Source: Bacteroidota bacterium
GTDB lineage: Bacteria; Bacteroidota; Bacteroidia; CAILMK01; JAAYUY01
Assembly (NCBI GenBank): GCA_016776505.1
Contig: JADHTG010000010.1
Coordinates: 1,727-65,726 of the forward strand
Direction of reading: 5' to 3'
DNA: 64,000 bases
Shown here: one piece after another, positions 60,701 to 64,000 of the stretch
How positions within the stretch are numbered: position 1 is the stretch's first letter
How the letters are laid out: each line of letters starts with the position of its first letter
Translations under genes and position numbers: made by a program
Notes under the pieces: generated by a model
Told to the model about the DNA's origin: nothing
The model's database searches: none
Seen by the model: only the letters and a program-made list of their open reading frames with translations

Positions 60701-62239
60701 ATGCAATTAATGAAAACTCTTACATACTTCATCCTTATTATTCTGCTTCTTGCTGTAAATCTTCAGGGAATTGCACAACCTATAAAAAAATTGAAAATTA
60801 TTCAGGCCGATTACCTGGAGGGTATTGAAAACAGGCAGGAAAAGATCAAGAAGCTGATCGGCCATGTTATTCTTGAACATGAAGGAGCATTAATGCATTG
60901 TGACAGTGCCTATCATTTTGAAAACAGAAATTACTTTGAAGCCTATAATAATGTACGCATTATCCAGGGAAGTGACTTTAGCCTGACAGGTAATTTTCTT
61001 CATTACAATTTGGAAAACAAAATTGCTGAAGTCGACCGGAATGTGGTGTTGTCAGATAAGGATATGACACTCAGTACTCCTCATCTTACCTATAATATGG
61101 AGAATAAAACGGCTTATTACACTCGCGGGGCCACTATTGTAGATTCTGCTAACACACTTACAAGCAGGTATGGAACCTATTATTCCTCTTCAAAAGATAT
61201 GTACTTTAAGCTAAACGTTGTTTTGGAAAATCCTGATTTCACCCTGCATGCAGATTCACTCAGATATAATACCAATACGCGCATTGCCACTTTTTTAGGT
61301 CCTACAAAAATAAATGGAGAAGATACTGAAATCTATTGCGAAGCTGGTTGGTATAATACCAATGCAAAGAAAGCGGTGTTCCAAATAAATGCATATGTAT
61401 TTAGTAAAAGCAGAAAGATTTTTGGGGACAGACTTTTTTATGATGAGAATACCGGAGATGCCCATGCTAACGGTCGTGTAAGAATCCTCGAAGAAAATGA
61501 CAATACGGAAATTGCAGGAAATAAATCTTTTCATGATGAACAAAAAAATACTACCTGGATCACTGATAGTGCGCTTTTTATCAAATACCTGGATGATGAT
61601 ACGCTTTTTATGCATTCAGATACATTGAAAATCATTAAAAATCCCGAAACGGATGATGACGTTGTTCTGGCTTACTTCAAGGTCAAGCTTTTTAGCTCTA
61701 ATTTCAAACTCAAGTGTGACTCATTATCATATCAAACTTTAGATTCTTCGTTTTTGATATATGAAGATCCTGTATTATGGTTCGACAGCTCCCAGATAAC
61801 AGGTGAATTCATTCAGATCTTTACCCGAAATCAAAAGCTGGATAAAATGGATGTTAAAAGTTCTTCCTTTATGATTGAAATGGTGGATACGAGTCGTTTT
61901 AATCAGATCAAAGGCAGAGACCTGGTGGCCTATTTTGCAAATAATGATCTAAATACCATTTTCGTGGAAGGAAATGCAGAATCTGTTTATTACCTCCAGG
62001 ACAAAAATAAAAAGTACATGGGCCGAAATAACATTCAGTCAAGTACCATTCATATCAAGATGAAGGACAATAAGATTTCGGAGATACAGTTCAATCTTGA
62101 ACCAGAAGGAATCGTTCATCCAGCAAAAAGCATGGATAGCAATGATCCTTTTTTGAAAGGATTTATTTGGAGACAATCGGAAAAGCCAGAACAGCTGGAA
62201 GATATATTTATTAGAAACATATCTGTTCTCAAGGAATAA
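60701..62239 (+). CDS. OstA-like (LptA/LptD N-terminal-fold repeat) periplasmic protein
   Basis: Signal peptide; repeated OstA_N-like beta-jellyroll segments (e.g. LIGHVILEHEGALMHCDSAYHFENRNYFEAYNNVRIIQG). Confidence 0.6.
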   Translation: MQLMKTLTYFILIILLLAVNLQGIAQPIKKLKIIQADYLEGIENRQEKIKKLIGHVILEHEGALMHCDSAYHFENRNYFEAYNNVRIIQGSDFSLTGNFLHYNLENKIAEVDRNVVLSDKDMTLSTPHLTYNMENKTAYYTRGATIVDSANTLTSRYGTYYSSSKDMYFKLNVVLENPDFTLHADSLRYNTNTRIATFLGPTKINGEDTEIYCEAGWYNTNAKKAVFQINAYVFSKSRKIFGDRLFYDENTGDAHANGRVRILEENDNTEIAGNKSFHDEQKNTTWITDSALFIKYLDDDTLFMHSDTLKIIKNPETDDDVVLAYFKVKLFSSNFKLKCDSLSYQTLDSSFLIYEDPVLWFDSSQITGEFIQIFTRNQKLDKMDVKSSSFMIEMVDTSRFNQIKGRDLVAYFANNDLNTIFVEGNAESVYYLQDKNKKYMGRNNIQSSTIHIKMKDNKISEIQFNLEPEGIVHPAKSMDSNDPFLKGFIWRQSEKPEQLEDIFIRNISVLKE

Positions 62240-62262
62240 CATTTAAGAGGTTGAGTCGTTAT

Positions 62263-62442
62263 TAATTAATGTGAGTTCGATATAACAAATTTCAATAATT
62301 ATAATTTTTGCCACTCACAAAGTGATGCCAATGGCAGAAGACGCAAAGCCACGAAGCCTGCTTGCTGCAGGCAGGATTTCACTAATAGTTAGTTATACAT
62401 AATTGATAGTTAAAAACTAATATGTCAAACTCACGTTAATTA
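62263..62442. repeat. Imperfect 21-23 bp inverted repeats (taattaatgtgagttcgatat ... atatgtcaaactcacgttaatta) flanking a 136-bp segment in the 5' region of the DUF1573/vWA gene
   Basis: Seen directly. The internal segment contains the palindrome tgccaatggca and a GC hairpin gcctgc-ttgct-gcaggc. Confidence 0.55.
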
Positions 62443-62455
62443 TATGCTTTATTCA

Positions 62456-64000
62456 TGAAAAAAAACCATCTGAAAATAGGTTTATTATTCTTCCTGACGA
62501 TACAGGCCACTTTATCTTTAGCACAGATTAATTTCGCAAGCAACAATCATGATTTTGGCATATTATCTAATTGGAGTCAAACTCCTGCTATTTTTGAATA
62601 CGAGAATACAGGAAATCAGCCGGAAGCCTTTTTGAATGCGGTTCGGTCAGAGAATGTTCACCTGAAATACTCAACTTCTTTTATAAAAGCAGGGGAAAAA
62701 GGCCAGGTCCTTATTTATTTTGAACCCCTTCAAATTGGTCACTTCAATGAAAAAATCAAGCTATTTGTCGGATCTTCAGACAAACCATTTGTTTTTACGA
62801 TCAGTGGCACAGTTAACTCAAATTTAGAATGTCCTTCTGTCAATATGCCTTCAAATCCCGCCCTGCTTGTTCATGAGCATAAGGGGATAGTTATTAATAG
62901 ACAGACGAAGGAAGCTATTCCGAACGCTGAGATCAAACTAATTGATCATTATGGAGAAAAATTCCATGAGAAAACGAACAAAGAAGGACGGTTTAAAAAG
63001 AAGTTAAAATGGGGCATGTATCAAGTGATCATAACTGCAGAAAACTTTTACCCCCTGGATGAAATGATTTACCTGAACATGAATACCGCTGAATTAGTAT
63101 TTGAGCTCTCTCCTGTTGGTGATCTGGTCCCTGATAAGCCAGAGGATAAAATAACCCAACAAGAGATCATTACAAAGGAAAAGGATGAAGTCATTGAAGA
63201 AGATGAAACGGTAATTATGCCTTTCGAACTGCACGGTATTGTGCTGAATAATATAACGAATGAACCGCTTAACAAGGCTTCTGTCAAATTGGTCAAGCTG
63301 GATACGAAAACACCTTATACCTACAAAACATTTCCCGACGGGAAGTTTCACAAGCAATTGTTAGCAGGCACCTATTCTGTTTTTGTCCAGGCCAGCGATT
63401 ATTATTCCTATGAAGACACTGTATCAATACATGTCGACAACGATTACCTGGAGATAAAATTAAACCCGGAAAAAGCGACCGAAATTGAACCAAAAGAAAA
63501 ACCGGCAAGACTGATAGTGGGAGGAACCGTCAGGAATAAGGAAAACAAGGAACCTGTTAAACGAGCTATGGTCGAATTAACAGACAGAAAGCAGGTCAAA
63601 TACACCTATTTAACTATGGCCGATGGGAAATATCAAAAAACATTAAATGAGGGGAGTTATTACGTTTCTATCACAGCAGAAGGATTTCTTCCCTATTTCG
63701 ATAGCATTCAAATAGAATACCCTACACATGAGCTGGATTTTTTCATGGATTTCATTTTTGTTGAAGATGAAAAAATAAGCCTGGATGAAGAGGAAGTCCC
63801 GGACATTGGAATTATACAGGAGAAAAAGAAAATAGCAGAAGGGGACAAAGTTGAATTACTGCCAACTACTCGTTATGCGGCTAACAATATTGTATTTCTT
63901 GTGGATGTATCATCCTCCATGAAGAAAAAGAATAAACTGGACCATCTGAAAACATCCATGAAACGCCTGACAGAAATATTACGTGATATTGACCAGGTTT
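62456..64000 (+). CDS. Secreted multidomain protein (5' part; runs off the window end): DUF1573-like N-terminal domain, carboxypeptidase-regulatory-like (CarbopepD_reg) beta-sandwich repeats, von Willebrand factor A domain
   Basis: Signal peptide MKKNHLKIGLLFFLTIQATLSLAQ. Repeats GIVLNNITNEPLNKASVKL...GTYSVFVQASDY and GGTVRNKENKEPVKRAMVEL...GSYYVSITAEGF. vWA MIDAS start IVFLVDVSSSM. Confidence 0.6.

Noticed and set aside
1-64000. Mobile genetic elements, prophage, integrative element, tRNA/rRNA genes
   Set aside because: No transposase, integrase, recombinase, phage structural or tRNA-like sequence was recognised. All intergenic regions are 415 bp or shorter. The only mobile-like signal is the segment at 62263-62442 flanked by inverted repeats, which is reported separately.

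Overview
This is a gene-dense, AT-rich (roughly 37-38% GC by eye) chromosomal window that looks like a Bacteroidota genome. Evidence for that assignment: four proteins end in type-IX-secretion (T9SS/Por) C-terminal sorting domains; one carries SprB-type repeats; there are LptF/G, OstA-like and SPOR proteins; and the order glmS / DUF4270-like / short glycogen-synthase-like / panC / panD / flippase-like / rfaE-domain-II is a typical Bacteroidota arrangement. About 48 protein-coding genes are present, almost all intact, with intergenic gaps of at most about 415 bp. Housekeeping genes recognised: xth, glmS, panC, panD, upp, gpsA, dapD, uvrA, secA, deoC, ribBA, nrnA, tadA, dsbD, gmhA, hisS and an lptF/G-family permease. 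The four T9SS cargo proteins are a 1445-aa BNR/PKD/CUB protein, a 1490-aa S8 subtilase with SprB repeats, an M43 metzincin-like peptidase and a BNR sialidase-fold protein. I found no rRNA, tRNA, CRISPR array, transposase, integrase or phage gene. I could not identify a convincing, wholly novel multi-gene system. The most unusual signals are: (i) a TolC plus membrane-fusion-protein pair with no inner-membrane pump, translationally coupled to gpsA and a sulfotransferase-like gene; (ii) an inverted 28-bp duplicate of that gene's 3' end; (iii) a 155-bp segment flanked by inverted repeats immediately upstream of a DUF1573/vWA surface-protein gene, which could be an invertible promoter or a MITE; (iv) an AT-rich PAP2 / FkbM-methyltransferase / GT4 / sulfotransferase glycan-modification cluster; (v) a fused double-M16 protein lacking the HxxEH zinc site, sitting directly upstream of dsbD; and (vi) several palindromes that may be operators (tolC, uvrA, sigma factor, TetR).
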